Origin: an uncultured Desulfobacterales bacterium
GTDB lineage: Bacteria; Desulfobacterota; Desulfobacteria; Desulfobacterales; CAJINA01
Direction of reading: 5' to 3'
NCBI GenBank assembly: GCA_964636125.1
Contig: CAZWPX010000003.1
Location: forward strand, 35,606-99,605
DNA length: 64,000 nt
The notes under the pieces are model-generated. The model was not told the DNA's origin. It saw only the letters and a program-made list of their open reading frames with translations, and did not search any database. Below, in pieces: positions 1-9,659 of the stretch (position 1 is the first letter of the stretch; each line of letters begins with the position of its first letter). The position numbers and the translations under genes were made by a program.

Positions 1-1
1 G

Positions 2-1153
2 ATGCGAATGACCGAGAAACCGAAAAAGCGCCCCCCGACCAAATGGGTGCCCGTTGTCCGGAGCCTGACACTGCAGCAGTCAGCTTACCAGGTTGTGGTA
101 TCCGCCACCGGTACCGTCATTCCGGCCCGGCGGATAACCTTGCGTTCCCGGGTGTCAGGCCAGGTCGTTAAAATCCACCCGGAATTCAATACCGGCGGAT
201 ATATTCCCACAGGTGCCACGGTCGTGACACTCGACAAGGCCGATTACCGCCTGGCCCTGGCCCAGAAAGAAAATGACGCGGTAAACAGCGAATACGCTCT
301 CAAGGTTGAAGAGGGGCGCCAGGCGGTTGCCCGCCGGGAGTGGCAATTGCTGGGTACCAAGGCGCCTGAAAAAACGGAAGGGACCATCCTGGCCCTGAGG
401 GAACCGCACTTGAAAAAAGCACATGCAGATGTGGAAGTGGCCCGCATCCAGGTGGAAAAAGCACAACTGGACCTGGCCCGCACCCGGATCACCGCACCTT
501 TCAACGCCCTGATCATTTCCAGTAACGTCGATATCGGTTCTCAAGTATCACCCCAGGACCCGCTGGCGGAACTGGTGGGCACAGACTATTACTGGGTCCA
601 GGTATCTATACCGGTCGATCGCCTGGGCCGGATCGCCATCCCCCGGGACAGCAGTGAAAAAGGATCTTTGGCACGCATCCGCTACGCCCGGGGACACCAC
701 CTCAACGGCCGGGTCATTCGCCTGTTGGGAGACCTGGAAAGCCAGAGCCGCATGGCCCGGGTCCTGGTGGAAGTCCTTGATCCGCTGCAAAGGAAAAGCA
801 GCACCGCCAATAGCCCGCCCCTGCTCATCGGTGAGTTTGTGCGGGTCGATATTCAAGGAGAGCGTCTTGATGATGCGATGGTAATCCCGCGCACCGCCTT
901 AAGAGACCAGGGAACCGTCTGGCTGCTGAACCCGGGTATGACCCTGGACATACGCCCGGTGACTCCCGTTTGGCGGGATAAAAATACCGTGGTCATTCAA
1001 AACACGTTGACCCAGGGCGACCGTGTCATCGTGTCGGAGCTGTCCGCCCCCGTGGCCGGTATGCAATTGCGCCCGGCACCCGAACTCGCCCCATCTTCTG
1101 ATCAGGAGACTACCGAGAAAACGCAATCGCCCCATAACCCCGGTAACGAATAA
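2..1153 (+). CDS. RND efflux periplasmic adaptor (membrane fusion protein, HlyD/AcrA family); true N-terminus probably upstream of the window
   Basis: 383-aa ORF beginning at the window edge. It shows the MFP barrel-sandwich/hairpin pattern (VSATGTVIPARRITLRSRVSGQV ... LDLARTRITAPFNALI). No signal or TM segment is seen at the N-terminus. The stop lies 2 nt before the AcrB-like gene. Confidence 0.8.
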   Translation: MRMTEKPKKRPPTKWVPVVRSLTLQQSAYQVVVSATGTVIPARRITLRSRVSGQVVKIHPEFNTGGYIPTGATVVTLDKADYRLALAQKENDAVNSEYALKVEEGRQAVARREWQLLGTKAPEKTEGTILALREPHLKKAHADVEVARIQVEKAQLDLARTRITAPFNALIISSNVDIGSQVSPQDPLAELVGTDYYWVQVSIPVDRLGRIAIPRDSSEKGSLARIRYARGHHLNGRVIRLLGDLESQSRMARVLVEVLDPLQRKSSTANSPPLLIGEFVRVDIQGERLDDAMVIPRTALRDQGTVWLLNPGMTLDIRPVTPVWRDKNTVVIQNTLTQGDRVIVSELSAPVAGMQLRPAPELAPSSDQETTEKTQSPHNPGNE

Positions 1154-1155
1154 GT

Positions 1156-4100
1156 ATGCAAACAACATCCCCAGTATCTGCCCAGAGGGCCGCCGGCCCG
1201 ATTCACTGGATGGCCCATCACCCGGTCAGTGCCAACCTGCTCATGCTGGTGCTGCTGCTGGGCGGCTTTTTCTGGGGAACCCGCATCAAGCAGGAGGTCT
1301 TCCCGGATTTTGAACTCGATATGGTGACTGTCTCGGTCCCCTATCCCGGCGCGAGCCCCCAGGAGGTCGAAAGGGGTATTGTGCTGGCGGTTGAAGAGGT
1401 GGTGCAGGGCCTGGAGGGGGTGAAAAAGGTTACCTCACGGGCCAGCGAAGGCTCCGGTTCGGTGACGGTGGAAATGCTGGAAGGGGAAGACATCCAGAGG
1501 CTGGCCCAGGAAATCAAGGCGGAAGTGGACCGCATTACGACCCTGCCGGAGGAAGCGGAAGACCCGCGGGTGACCATCCTGTCCCGTAAACGCTTTGTCG
1601 TTTCCCTGGCCCTGTATGGAAACCAGAGTGAACGGGTGCTGCGAGAGTACGGGGAACGTGTGCGCGAGTCCCTGCTCCAGGATGCGCACATCTCCCAGGC
1701 CGAATTAAAATCGGTCCGCGATTATGAGATCAGCATTGAAATTCCACAAGATACTTTGCGAACCTATGGTCTCACCCTGGCTGAAGTAGCGACTCGCATC
1801 CGCCGGGCCAGTGTGGATCTGCCGGGCGGCGCTATCAAGACATCTGCCGGCGATATCCTTGTGCGCATGAAGGAGCGTCGTGATTTCGGGTATGAATTCG
1901 GACAGATACCGATCATAACCGGACTCGATGGCACCCGGGTCCTGCTGGAAGATATCGCCGATGTGCGCGATACTTTTGCTGAAACCGACTACCAGGCCAC
2001 CTACAACGGCCAGCCGGCCGTGCTGATTGAAGTCTACCGGGTGGGCGACCAGACCCCTATCACGGTGTCCAATGCCGTCAAAAAGGTGGTTGCGGATTTA
2101 AAAACCGCACTCCCGCAGGGCCTGGCCATAGACCTGCGCAACGACCGGTCCGAAATTTATCGCCAGCGCCTCAACCTGATGATAAAAAACGGTTGCCTGG
2201 GACTGGGGCTGGTCTTCATGCTGCTGGCACTTTTTCTGGAACTGCGCCTGGCTTTCTGGGTCAGCCTGGGAATTCCCATCTCATTTCTGGGTTCCCTGCT
2301 CTTTTTACCGCTGGGCGGCGTCAGCATCAACATGGTTTCCATGTTTGCCTTTATCGTCACCCTGGGTATCGTTGTCGATGATGCCATCGTGGTGGGTGAA
2401 AATGTCTACCTGAACCGGCAAAGAGGCGACCGCTGGATGACGGCCGCTGTGGACGGTGCCCGGGAAATAACCATTCCAGTTGTTTTCAGTGTCCTTACCA
2501 ATATGATTGCGTTTCTGCCCATGTTTTTCGTGCCCGGGTTCATGGGCAAGATCTTCAGCCAGATACCGGTGGTGGTGATCTGCGTTTTCACTGTTTCCCT
2601 GGTGGAGAGTCTTTTTATCCTGCCGGCCCATCTCGGGCACCAGCGCGAAAAACAGCGGGCGCTGCTGCCGCTTGTCGGGCGTCTGAAAAAGCTGCAGCAG
2701 CGGTTCAGCGTGCTGTTTATGCAGGTGATCGACAAATGGTACCGCCCGGCCCTGCGCCGTATCCTGCACTGGCGGTATCTGACCCTCGGCATCGGCCTGG
2801 CGATTTTAATTATTGCGCTGGGCTATGTCCGCAGCGGCCGCCTGGGCTTCGAACTGTTTCCCAAGGTGGAATCCGATTACGCCAGGGTGACGGCTACCTT
2901 GCCCATCGGCAGCGCATTCACTAAAACCCTGCAAATACAGGAAGTTTTGGTTAAAGAAGCGCAGAAAATTGCCAATAAAAACGGGAATGGCGCCCTCGTG
3001 GAGGGGATTTTTGCCCACATTTTCGGCAATGTCACCGAAATTCGCGTCTATCTCACACCCCCGGACAGCCGCCCCATCTCGACCTCCGCCTTTGCGGATA
3101 AGTGGCGCAGGCAGGTCGGGGTGCTGCCCGGCCTCGAATCACTGCGTTTTGAATCCGATGCAGGCGGCCCCGGACACGGTGCAGCTATTTCCATAGAACT
3201 TCAACACCAGAACATGGAAGCCCTTGAGAAGGCCGGCATGGAACTGGCCCGGGCACTCAATTTCTATCCCGGTATCCTGGACGTGGATGACGGCGTGGCG
3301 CCCGGTAAAAAGCAGATTGACTTCCAGGTCCGCCCGGAAGCGCGCAGTCTCGGGCTGCGCTCCATCGAGATCGCCCGCCAGGTGCGGCATGCTTACTATG
3401 GGGCCCAAGCCCTGCGCCAGCAGCGCGGCCGTAACGAAGTCCGGGTAATGGTCAGATTGCCGCAAGCGGAACGCGGGTCTCGGTTTTCCCTGGAGGAAAT
3501 GGTGTTGCTCACCCCCGCCGGCGGCGAAATTCTCCTGCGCAATGCAGTGGATATGACACCCGGCCGGGCTTACACCGATATCGAACGACGCAACGGTCAA
3601 CGCATCATCACGGTTACCGCGGATGTCCGGCCCCGCAAAAGGGCCGGTCAAATTCTCAATGCGGTCAAGTCTGAAGTGCTGCCTTCCCTGGTGGATAAAT
3701 ATCCCGGACTGGCCTATAGCTTTGAAGGGCGGCAGGCCGATCGGCGGGAAAGTATGCAGAGCCTGTTCATAGGCATCGGGGTGGTGCTCATCGTTATCTT
3801 TGCCATGCTGGCCATACCGCTCAACAGTTACATACAACCGGTCATTATCATGGCGGCGATTCCCTTTGGCATTGTCGGTGCGGTGATCGGACACATCATT
3901 ATGGGCTATGCCCTCAGCATCATCAGCATGTTTGGTGTGCTGGCCCTGATCGGGGTGGTCATCAATGACTCCCTGGTGCTCATCGACATGGCCAACCGCA
4001 AACGGCGCAACGGTCTTGCGCCCTACGCCGCCATTTTGCAGGCGGCCCCCCTCCGCTTTCGCCCTATTCTTTTAACCACCCTGACCACTTTCGGCGGGTT

Positions 4101-4272
4101 GTCACCCATGATCTTTGAAACGTCCCGGCAGGCGCGATTTCTGATCCCCATGGCGGTATCGCTTGGTTTCGGCGTCCTGCTGGCCACTTTTATTACCCTG
4201 GCCCTGGTTCCGGCGATCTATTTGATTGTGGAAGATGTGAAAAAGATATTCACGCAGAGCATGGACAGATAA
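1156..4272 (+). CDS. RND inner-membrane efflux transporter (AcrB/AcrD/AcrF family)
   Basis: 1038-aa ORF of typical RND length, with two large periplasmic loops and 12 predicted hydrophobic segments. It has conserved TM4-like VVDDAIVVGEN and C-terminal VINDSLVLID motifs and is coupled to the upstream adaptor gene. Confidence 0.9.
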   Translation: MQTTSPVSAQRAAGPIHWMAHHPVSANLLMLVLLLGGFFWGTRIKQEVFPDFELDMVTVSVPYPGASPQEVERGIVLAVEEVVQGLEGVKKVTSRASEGSGSVTVEMLEGEDIQRLAQEIKAEVDRITTLPEEAEDPRVTILSRKRFVVSLALYGNQSERVLREYGERVRESLLQDAHISQAELKSVRDYEISIEIPQDTLRTYGLTLAEVATRIRRASVDLPGGAIKTSAGDILVRMKERRDFGYEFGQIPIITGLDGTRVLLEDIADVRDTFAETDYQATYNGQPAVLIEVYRVGDQTPITVSNAVKKVVADLKTALPQGLAIDLRNDRSEIYRQRLNLMIKNGCLGLGLVFMLLALFLELRLAFWVSLGIPISFLGSLLFLPLGGVSINMVSMFAFIVTLGIVVDDAIVVGENVYLNRQRGDRWMTAAVDGAREITIPVVFSVLTNMIAFLPMFFVPGFMGKIFSQIPVVVICVFTVSLVESLFILPAHLGHQREKQRALLPLVGRLKKLQQRFSVLFMQVIDKWYRPALRRILHWRYLTLGIGLAILIIALGYVRSGRLGFELFPKVESDYARVTATLPIGSAFTKTLQIQEVLVKEAQKIANKNGNGALVEGIFAHIFGNVTEIRVYLTPPDSRPISTSAFADKWRRQVGVLPGLESLRFESDAGGPGHGAAISIELQHQNMEALEKAGMELARALNFYPGILDVDDGVAPGKKQIDFQVRPEARSLGLRSIEIARQVRHAYYGAQALRQQRGRNEVRVMVRLPQAERGSRFSLEEMVLLTPAGGEILLRNAVDMTPGRAYTDIERRNGQRIITVTADVRPRKRAGQILNAVKSEVLPSLVDKYPGLAYSFEGRQADRRESMQSLFIGIGVVLIVIFAMLAIPLNSYIQPVIIMAAIPFGIVGAVIGHIIMGYALSIISMFGVLALIGVVINDSLVLIDMANRKRRNGLAPYAAILQAAPLRFRPILLTTLTTFGGLSPMIFETSRQARFLIPMAVSLGFGVLLATFITLALVPAIYLIVEDVKKIFTQSMDR

Positions 4273-4292
4273 GGATCGGGGACGAAATAAAT

Positions 4293-4351
4293 TGAACGAA
4301 GGCGGATTTCAGTAATGTCGTGGGCCAGTTTTGTACCCACGGCTTCGTTCA
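4293..4351. terminator. Candidate bidirectional terminator-like stem between convergent genes
   Basis: Outer 9-bp stem tgaacgaag (4293-4301) / cttcgttca (4343-4351). Inner 6-bp stem cgtggg (4319-4324) / cccacg (4336-4341). T-rich tracts follow on both strands. The internal loop is asymmetric, so this is weak. Confidence 0.3.
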
Positions 4352-5038
4352 GTCGCATTTTTTTAAGCAAGATATCGTCTCCGCCTGGGAATGCAAATCG
4401 GCCACCGTTTCTTCAAGCCGCTGCATATCTTCCCGGATGAATTGCTGGGTGGCTGTCGCCAGGTAGCTGAAATATGGCAGATTCGTTTCCTGGATGGTCA
4501 GACCGGCGAAAGCGTCGATCCACTGCCCCAGATGAGAATCCAGAAATTCAAGTTGGTGCCCAAGACTTGCGGCAGCTTCGTCAGAACACCCGTTGTGAAG
4601 ACAGTTCAATTCTTCTATTATGAGAACGTGCATGAATTCCAGCTCCACACTGATGTGGTCGGGTGGATTTTTGAATTCCTCGTTTACGGTCAAGCCGGCT
4701 GCTAAATAGCGTTTGATGACATCCAGGGTGCTGTCGCCCATGATTTGACGTTTATCATCCAGGTAGATGGAGCCGTAAGGCGGAGCCAGAAGCTGATACG
4801 GGCCGATAAAGAGTTTGGCGAACTGAATCTCAAGGTCGTCGACCGTAACTCTTGTGTTCAGTTCGCTGCGCATCATGACCACTTGAGAAATAGCGTTCGA
4901 CCCCGTGGCGCACAGTCCGGTTTCGAGCAGTTTCAAAATTTCACCGATACCCGTTTTCGGCAGGCTATAGCAGCTTGATAGAGAGCGATAAATTTCACTG
5001 CGGTATTTCTCGATACTCAGTATTTCGTTGTCATTCAT
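4349..5038 (-). CDS. TorD/DmsD-family redox-enzyme maturation chaperone (ArrD-like by context)
   Basis: The ATG at 5038 has GGAG about 7 nt upstream. The ORF-track start at 5140 adds 34 aa with no RBS. TorD-family pattern: EIQFAKLFIGPYQLLAPPYGSIYL ... PPDHISVELEFMHVL ... FLDSHLGQWIDAF. It is the last gene of the molybdoenzyme operon. Confidence 0.8.
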   Translation of the reverse strand: MNDNEILSIEKYRSEIYRSLSSCYSLPKTGIGEILKLLETGLCATGSNAISQVVMMRSELNTRVTVDDLEIQFAKLFIGPYQLLAPPYGSIYLDDKRQIMGDSTLDVIKRYLAAGLTVNEEFKNPPDHISVELEFMHVLIIEELNCLHNGCSDEAAASLGHQLEFLDSHLGQWIDAFAGLTIQETNLPYFSYLATATQQFIREDMQRLEETVADLHSQAETISCLKKCD

Positions 5039-5099
5039 GTAATCCACTCCATGTGTGATAAAGATTTGCCACTGTAAAGACCATCCGCTTTGAGATCTG

Positions 5100-5130
5100 C
5101 GAGGCGGCCGGGAGGTAAGCGGCCGCCTCG
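5100..5130 (-). other. Perfect 11-bp GC-rich hairpin inside the operon (between the membrane-subunit and chaperone genes)
   Basis: cgaggcggccg (5100-5110), loop ggaggtaag, cggccgcctcg (5120-5130). No U-run follows on the minus strand, so this is not a classic intrinsic terminator. It could be an mRNA processing or stability element. Confidence 0.3.
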
Positions 5131-5152
5131 CAGTTCCCATGGCCGGCAGCAG

Positions 5153-6259
5153 TTAGTCCGGCACGGCTTCCAGTTTCAGGTAGCGTTCACCAAGGCTGTA
5201 CACCAGAAGCATAACCGAGAAGCCAAACAGGGCCACGAAAACCTCGTAGACAGTCGGTAAATAGCTGACAATTTGAGGTCGGCCTTCCGCCATTTGACCG
5301 AGCGGCCGAACAACACCGCTGAGCACAAACTCCAAACGCCCGGCAAACATACCGACGAGCAGGAGCGTGCTGGCAGTCATCTTGCCCCCAATGGTAGCTC
5401 TAATCTTGGGAACCAGCATCAAGACGGTGGGCGCGACCAGGCCCAGCCAGAATTCGATATTGTAAGGGATCGAACCTATCATGTGCTTGAAGGCCTGATA
5501 TTCCACAGCAGTCGACGATATGCCACCGCTGATGGTGCGCCACAGGAACAGGACCCCGATAACTCCGGCGACAATTCCCATCAACCGGGCAAACTCATTG
5601 AACAATGCTTCTCTTTCCGTACTCAATGACTGGTTCGCTAAACGATAGTACACCATGGTGAACAAAAGCAGCGCGGCCATCCCGGAGGCAAGCCCGGTGA
5701 GTGGGAAATAGAATGAAAAGAAAGAGGCATTCAAGGCCGGTCGTGCATCCGTCATACCCAACAACCAGCCAAGGGTCGTGGATGTAAATATTGCAATTAT
5801 AAAGATCAACATCCCCAGTGTTTTGCTTATTGATCCAATGTGTATTCGCCAGAAAGCGCTGAGAAGCAGGACAAAATAAGCACCGTAAAGTATGGCCAAC
5901 CACCATAACGGTGAGGCCGGATTAGGAGAAAGTAAAATATAGACGACATTTAATGGCGCGCCGAGATGCAGAAGCAGGCAAACAAAGGAGCCGAGCAAAA
6001 CGGCAATCTCCAGATACACCGTACGTTTTTCAATCACCTCATATCGTTTTATGCCGAATACAACCGGAAAAGAAGAGACGAAGGCCAGGCCCGCACTGGT
6101 AAGGCTGAAAAAGATATAAGTCGACAGTGGCAGGGTCCAGACCAGGACATCCGTTTTGGCATACAGCGTAAACCCGTCTGAATAGACTTTAAAAGTTGTC
6201 CAAAGGCCGAGCAAAATGCCCAGGCCCAACAATCCAATCCAAAGATGATATCTTTTCAT
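5153..6259 (-). CDS. NrfD/PsrC-family integral membrane quinol-interacting subunit of the molybdoenzyme
   Basis: 368 aa, almost entirely hydrophobic with about 9-10 TM segments. Its start abuts the stop of the Fe-S subunit gene (6260). Confidence 0.8.
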   Translation of the reverse strand: MKRYHLWIGLLGLGILLGLWTTFKVYSDGFTLYAKTDVLVWTLPLSTYIFFSLTSAGLAFVSSFPVVFGIKRYEVIEKRTVYLEIAVLLGSFVCLLLHLGAPLNVVYILLSPNPASPLWWLAILYGAYFVLLLSAFWRIHIGSISKTLGMLIFIIAIFTSTTLGWLLGMTDARPALNASFFSFYFPLTGLASGMAALLLFTMVYYRLANQSLSTEREALFNEFARLMGIVAGVIGVLFLWRTISGGISSTAVEYQAFKHMIGSIPYNIEFWLGLVAPTVLMLVPKIRATIGGKMTASTLLLVGMFAGRLEFVLSGVVRPLGQMAEGRPQIVSYLPTVYEVFVALFGFSVMLLVYSLGERYLKLEAVPD

Positions 6260-6985
6260 CTATAGCCCCCCTTTCGTTCTTGGGTAACCGGCCGCGCTGA
6301 AATCTCTGATGTAATAAACCGCAGGTTCCGTCCCCACGGCCTCTTTCAGCCGAAATGGTCTGAATTTTCCCAATAATTGGTTTACCTCACTCTTCGGGTT
6401 GTCGAGGTCACCGAAGACCCTGGCATCAGCCGGGCAAGCCTCCACGCAACGTGGCAACTTGCCCAGCGCGACCCGGTGATCGCAAAAAGTGCATTTTTCC
6501 ACGACCCCGCGCGGCCGTATATCAGGCAGCGTCGCACCCCTTTCCGGATTGTAGTAGGGCGCGCCTTTACCACCGGCCTTCCGCAGTTCTTCGGCCGGTG
6601 AAACGGTTACACCTTTAATAACGGCTTTGTCCGATTTCCAGGTGGAATGCGCATCCTTCCAGTTGAAATATATCACCCCGTAAGGGCAATTGATCATGCA
6701 GTACCGGCAACCGATGCACTTGTCTGGATCATGCATTGTAATGCCGTTGCCGAGTTTATGCATCGCCCTGGTAGGGCATCCCCGGACACACGGCGCATTG
6801 TCGCAGTGGTTGCAGAGCGTCGGTATGTAGTGATACCGGACATTGGGAAAGGTTCCCGAGGTTTCCGTAATTTTGTGAGACCAGTAAACCCCCTCCGATA
6901 CGTTGTTTTCATTTCTGCATGAGATACTGCACGAGCCGCAGCCAACGCACCGTTGGAGGTCGATAACCATTGCATATCTACCCAT
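6260..6985 (-). CDS. Four-cluster 4Fe-4S ferredoxin subunit (DmsB/PsrB/ArrB type)
   Basis: 241 aa with four Cys groups: CVGCGSCSISC, CNHCDNAPC, CIGCRYCMINCP and CTFCDHR...CVEACP. Confidence 0.9.
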   Translation of the reverse strand: MGRYAMVIDLQRCVGCGSCSISCRNENNVSEGVYWSHKITETSGTFPNVRYHYIPTLCNHCDNAPCVRGCPTRAMHKLGNGITMHDPDKCIGCRYCMINCPYGVIYFNWKDAHSTWKSDKAVIKGVTVSPAEELRKAGGKGAPYYNPERGATLPDIRPRGVVEKCTFCDHRVALGKLPRCVEACPADARVFGDLDNPKSEVNQLLGKFRPFRLKEAVGTEPAVYYIRDFSAAGYPRTKGGL

Positions 6986-6996
6986 TGTTTCCCTCC

Positions 6997-9582
6997 TTAT
7001 ACTTTATCGATCTTTATCCGGGTTACGGCATAGTAAGCTGAACTGCCGCTCAAGGCTTCATACTGGGCCGGGATCAGGTCATTGCTGCTGCCGCCTCTGG
7101 CTGTTTTTCCAAATCTCTTTGAGGCCAACCGGCCGTAAGCCCAGTGGCCCTGACCGTAGCACTTGGCCACAGATCCGGGACGCACACCTTCCCAGAGCTT
7201 GGCGGTACAGACCAGACTGCCGGTTGGTGAAGAAATCTTTATGCGATCCCCGGACTGGATACCGAGCTTTGCGGCATCCACCGGATTGATCTTCGCCACG
7301 TCGTCCCAGGTTTCATCGCCCGGGTCCAGGTCTTTGAAGTCGTAATACCAGGTGCAGTTGGCAGACCGCCCTTCCCTATTTAAGCGGGATTTATGATCCA
7401 CGTGAATGAAGGGAAATTCTTTTTCGTCCCCGAGGATAAACGGCTCCTCATAGTGGGGGACAAATGCCGTTTCACCCCTGGCCAGGTAATTCGTCGCCTG
7501 CATGACGTCATCTACGGAAACGCCGTGCTTCGCGGCATGCTTTTCAAGGGCAGCCTTGAGGGTGACGCTGTAGAATTCGAACTTGCCCGTCTTGGTTTTC
7601 ATATGGCCCCAGCGTTTACGGAAGGAATAGGGTTTCGAGTTCCACACCCCCACCTTGGCGAACTCCTCCCAGCCGCTGAATTTGTCTCCGCCTTTGTATT
7701 TGGCCGGATCCCAGAGGTTCTGGGTGGCGTATTTAAGTGCGTAGAGGGCAAATTCTTTTTCATTGGTCGGTTCTTTGCCGGTCTCCGGGTCCTTGTAGGT
7801 TTTGTAATGCCGCATCAGGTTATCGAAACCGCGCTCGGCCAGTTTCTCGGCCAGCAGCCAGGGAATTTCGGTCTCGTCGATTTTGTAATCCCAGACATTC
7901 TTGACGATAGGCTGCATCAAGGTCACATGGCGGTACCCATTGCCGATGGCCTTCACATAACCCCACTTTTCGAACATGTGGTGGGTATCCGGCAGTACGA
8001 TATCGGAAAACCAGGAGAATTCCGATGCATTGGTCGTAATGTGGACGAGGAAGGGGATTTTCGACAGGGCTCTTTCCCAGCGCTCCGGCTGCGGGGCCGA
8101 AAACGAAAAATTGTTCATGTACCCAATGGCCACTTTGATCTCGTAGGGGTCTTCATTCAAAAGGCCGTCAGCGGCATTGTTGGTGATGACCCCGCTGCCC
8201 GGCTTGCCTTTTTTCAGGCAGGGAATGTGCAATCGGCCGCGCTGGTCAATTTTCTCATGCTTTTTGCCCTTCTTGGCAATCTCATCCATAAAATCATTCG
8301 GCTTGGGAAACTTCGAGGTATACTCCTTGTTAGCTTTCAAGGTGCCACCCACATTGTCCACGGCACCGACAATCCCGTTCAGGGCATGCACGGCCATGGC
8401 CGTATAGCCACCGCGCACCTGCATGCAGGGGCCGCCGCCCAGCCACGATATGGCGTGCGGGGCCGCTTGGCCGAATCCGGTCGCCACGCGGCGAATTTGT
8501 TCAGCTGGAATTCCGGTAATGGAAGCAGCCCATTCAGGGGTCTTGTCTTTCAAAGCAAGATTCCAGTAGTTGACGATTCCGTTGGTATGCTGTTCTGCGA
8601 AGGTGTCAGCATCCACTGTCTGTCCCGGGACAAACAGGTTTTTACCTTCCTTGAAATCCCCGACAAATGGTTTGTACCAGAGCCCTTCGGCGAGTATGGC
8701 GTGCGAGATCGCCACCGCCAGGGCACCATCCTGGCCCGGCTTGATCGGCAGCCATTCATCGGCCTTTCCGGCCGAGGCCGACAGGCGGGGCTCGACTATG
8801 GCAATGGTGGCCTTGTCAACCACGTCGCCCCACACCTTGGAGTAATACGAAACCTGCCGGTTGGCCGCCAGGGGGTCCGCACCCCAGAGCAGCACGTAGT
8901 GCGCATTCAAAACGTCGTATTGCCGATAGCTCCAAATGCCCTCGGTAAAGAAGGGACCGAACTTCTCCGCTTCAGCGCACAGGGAACTGTGGGAGATGTT
9001 GTTTGGTGAGCCGATAATCTTTGTCATACGATCATAAAGCACATCGCGCATGTACGAATAGCGGCCACGCATGAGCATGTACTTGTGCGTTTCGTTGTTG
9101 TTGCGCAGTTCCATGATCTTGTCGGCAATGGTATTCAGGGCCTCATCCCAGGAGATGGGGACAAACTTCGGATCTTCTTTGCGGCCTTTTTTCGGGTTGG
9201 TGCGTTTCATTGGCGTTTTAATTCGATCCGGATCATACAACTGCTGGAGGGCTAAATGCGAACGCGGACAGCCGGCTCCCATGTTTACCTTTGAATGGGG
9301 GTTGCCTCTAACTTTTACGGCCCGTCCGTCGATTACATACACCTGCTTGGAGCACCATGAGGTGCAGCCTTGACAGGTGGCCGGCATCCAGCGTCCCAAA
9401 GCACCTGTTTTCTTACCGGAATCTGCAGCCAGGGCTTTCAATTCCGGCTTTAATCCCGCACCCATAGCGACGGCTGCGCCGGTCGCCGCTGATGCCTTTA
9501 CAAAAGAACGGCGTGAAAGCTTCACGTCGTTCAGAAAACCAGCCATCACGGTTTTTGGCTTATTTCTTGATTTTTTCATCAT
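6997..9582 (-). CDS. arrA: Tat-exported bis-MGD molybdopterin oxidoreductase catalytic subunit; candidate respiratory arsenate reductase ArrA
   Basis: Probable start is the MMKKS ATG pair at 9579-9582, next to GGTGGAGG. The ORF-track start at 9627 is less likely. Twin-arginine motif SRRSFVK (9496-9516). Fe-S motif C-X2-C-X3-C-X27-C (9268-9375). The segment RGRY-X22-HSSLC-X4-K-X11-Y (8926-9069) matches, as I recall them, the ArrA-specific (R/K)GRY motif and the spacing of ArrA active-site residues. Assigning it to Arr rather than Psr/Phs/Ttr needs a phylogeny. Confidence 0.6.
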   Translation of the reverse strand: MMKKSRNKPKTVMAGFLNDVKLSRRSFVKASAATGAAVAMGAGLKPELKALAADSGKKTGALGRWMPATCQGCTSWCSKQVYVIDGRAVKVRGNPHSKVNMGAGCPRSHLALQQLYDPDRIKTPMKRTNPKKGRKEDPKFVPISWDEALNTIADKIMELRNNNETHKYMLMRGRYSYMRDVLYDRMTKIIGSPNNISHSSLCAEAEKFGPFFTEGIWSYRQYDVLNAHYVLLWGADPLAANRQVSYYSKVWGDVVDKATIAIVEPRLSASAGKADEWLPIKPGQDGALAVAISHAILAEGLWYKPFVGDFKEGKNLFVPGQTVDADTFAEQHTNGIVNYWNLALKDKTPEWAASITGIPAEQIRRVATGFGQAAPHAISWLGGGPCMQVRGGYTAMAVHALNGIVGAVDNVGGTLKANKEYTSKFPKPNDFMDEIAKKGKKHEKIDQRGRLHIPCLKKGKPGSGVITNNAADGLLNEDPYEIKVAIGYMNNFSFSAPQPERWERALSKIPFLVHITTNASEFSWFSDIVLPDTHHMFEKWGYVKAIGNGYRHVTLMQPIVKNVWDYKIDETEIPWLLAEKLAERGFDNLMRHYKTYKDPETGKEPTNEKEFALYALKYATQNLWDPAKYKGGDKFSGWEEFAKVGVWNSKPYSFRKRWGHMKTKTGKFEFYSVTLKAALEKHAAKHGVSVDDVMQATNYLARGETAFVPHYEEPFILGDEKEFPFIHVDHKSRLNREGRSANCTWYYDFKDLDPGDETWDDVAKINPVDAAKLGIQSGDRIKISSPTGSLVCTAKLWEGVRPGSVAKCYGQGHWAYGRLASKRFGKTARGGSSNDLIPAQYEALSGSSAYYAVTRIKIDKV

Positions 9583-9659
9583 TCCTCCACCTAGTAAGTT
9601 GTGACTGCTTTCTTTCCTTCTATCCATTTGACTGCAATTCTATGTGAATCGAAAAAAGG

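Noticed and set aside
3139-3894. 251-aa antisense ORF inside the AcrB-like gene. Similar cases: 37092-37919 (in prfC), 42636-43400 (recJ), 21303-21977, 18706-19344, 47162-47704 and 22791-23336.
   Set aside because: For the two I checked (3139-3894 and 37092-37919) the cause is the same in-phase antisense artefact. I did not check the frame of the others. Every one overlaps a confidently identified gene, and none has a recognisable domain or start context.
7393-9009. 538-aa ORF on the plus strand, antisense to the molybdoenzyme catalytic subunit.
   Set aside because: It uses the same triplet boundaries as the minus-strand gene (both coordinates are 1 mod 3). Stops can therefore arise only opposite TTA, CTA or TCA codons, which this genome's codon usage avoids. 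The translation is low-complexity with no RBS, and the sense-strand gene is clearly real.
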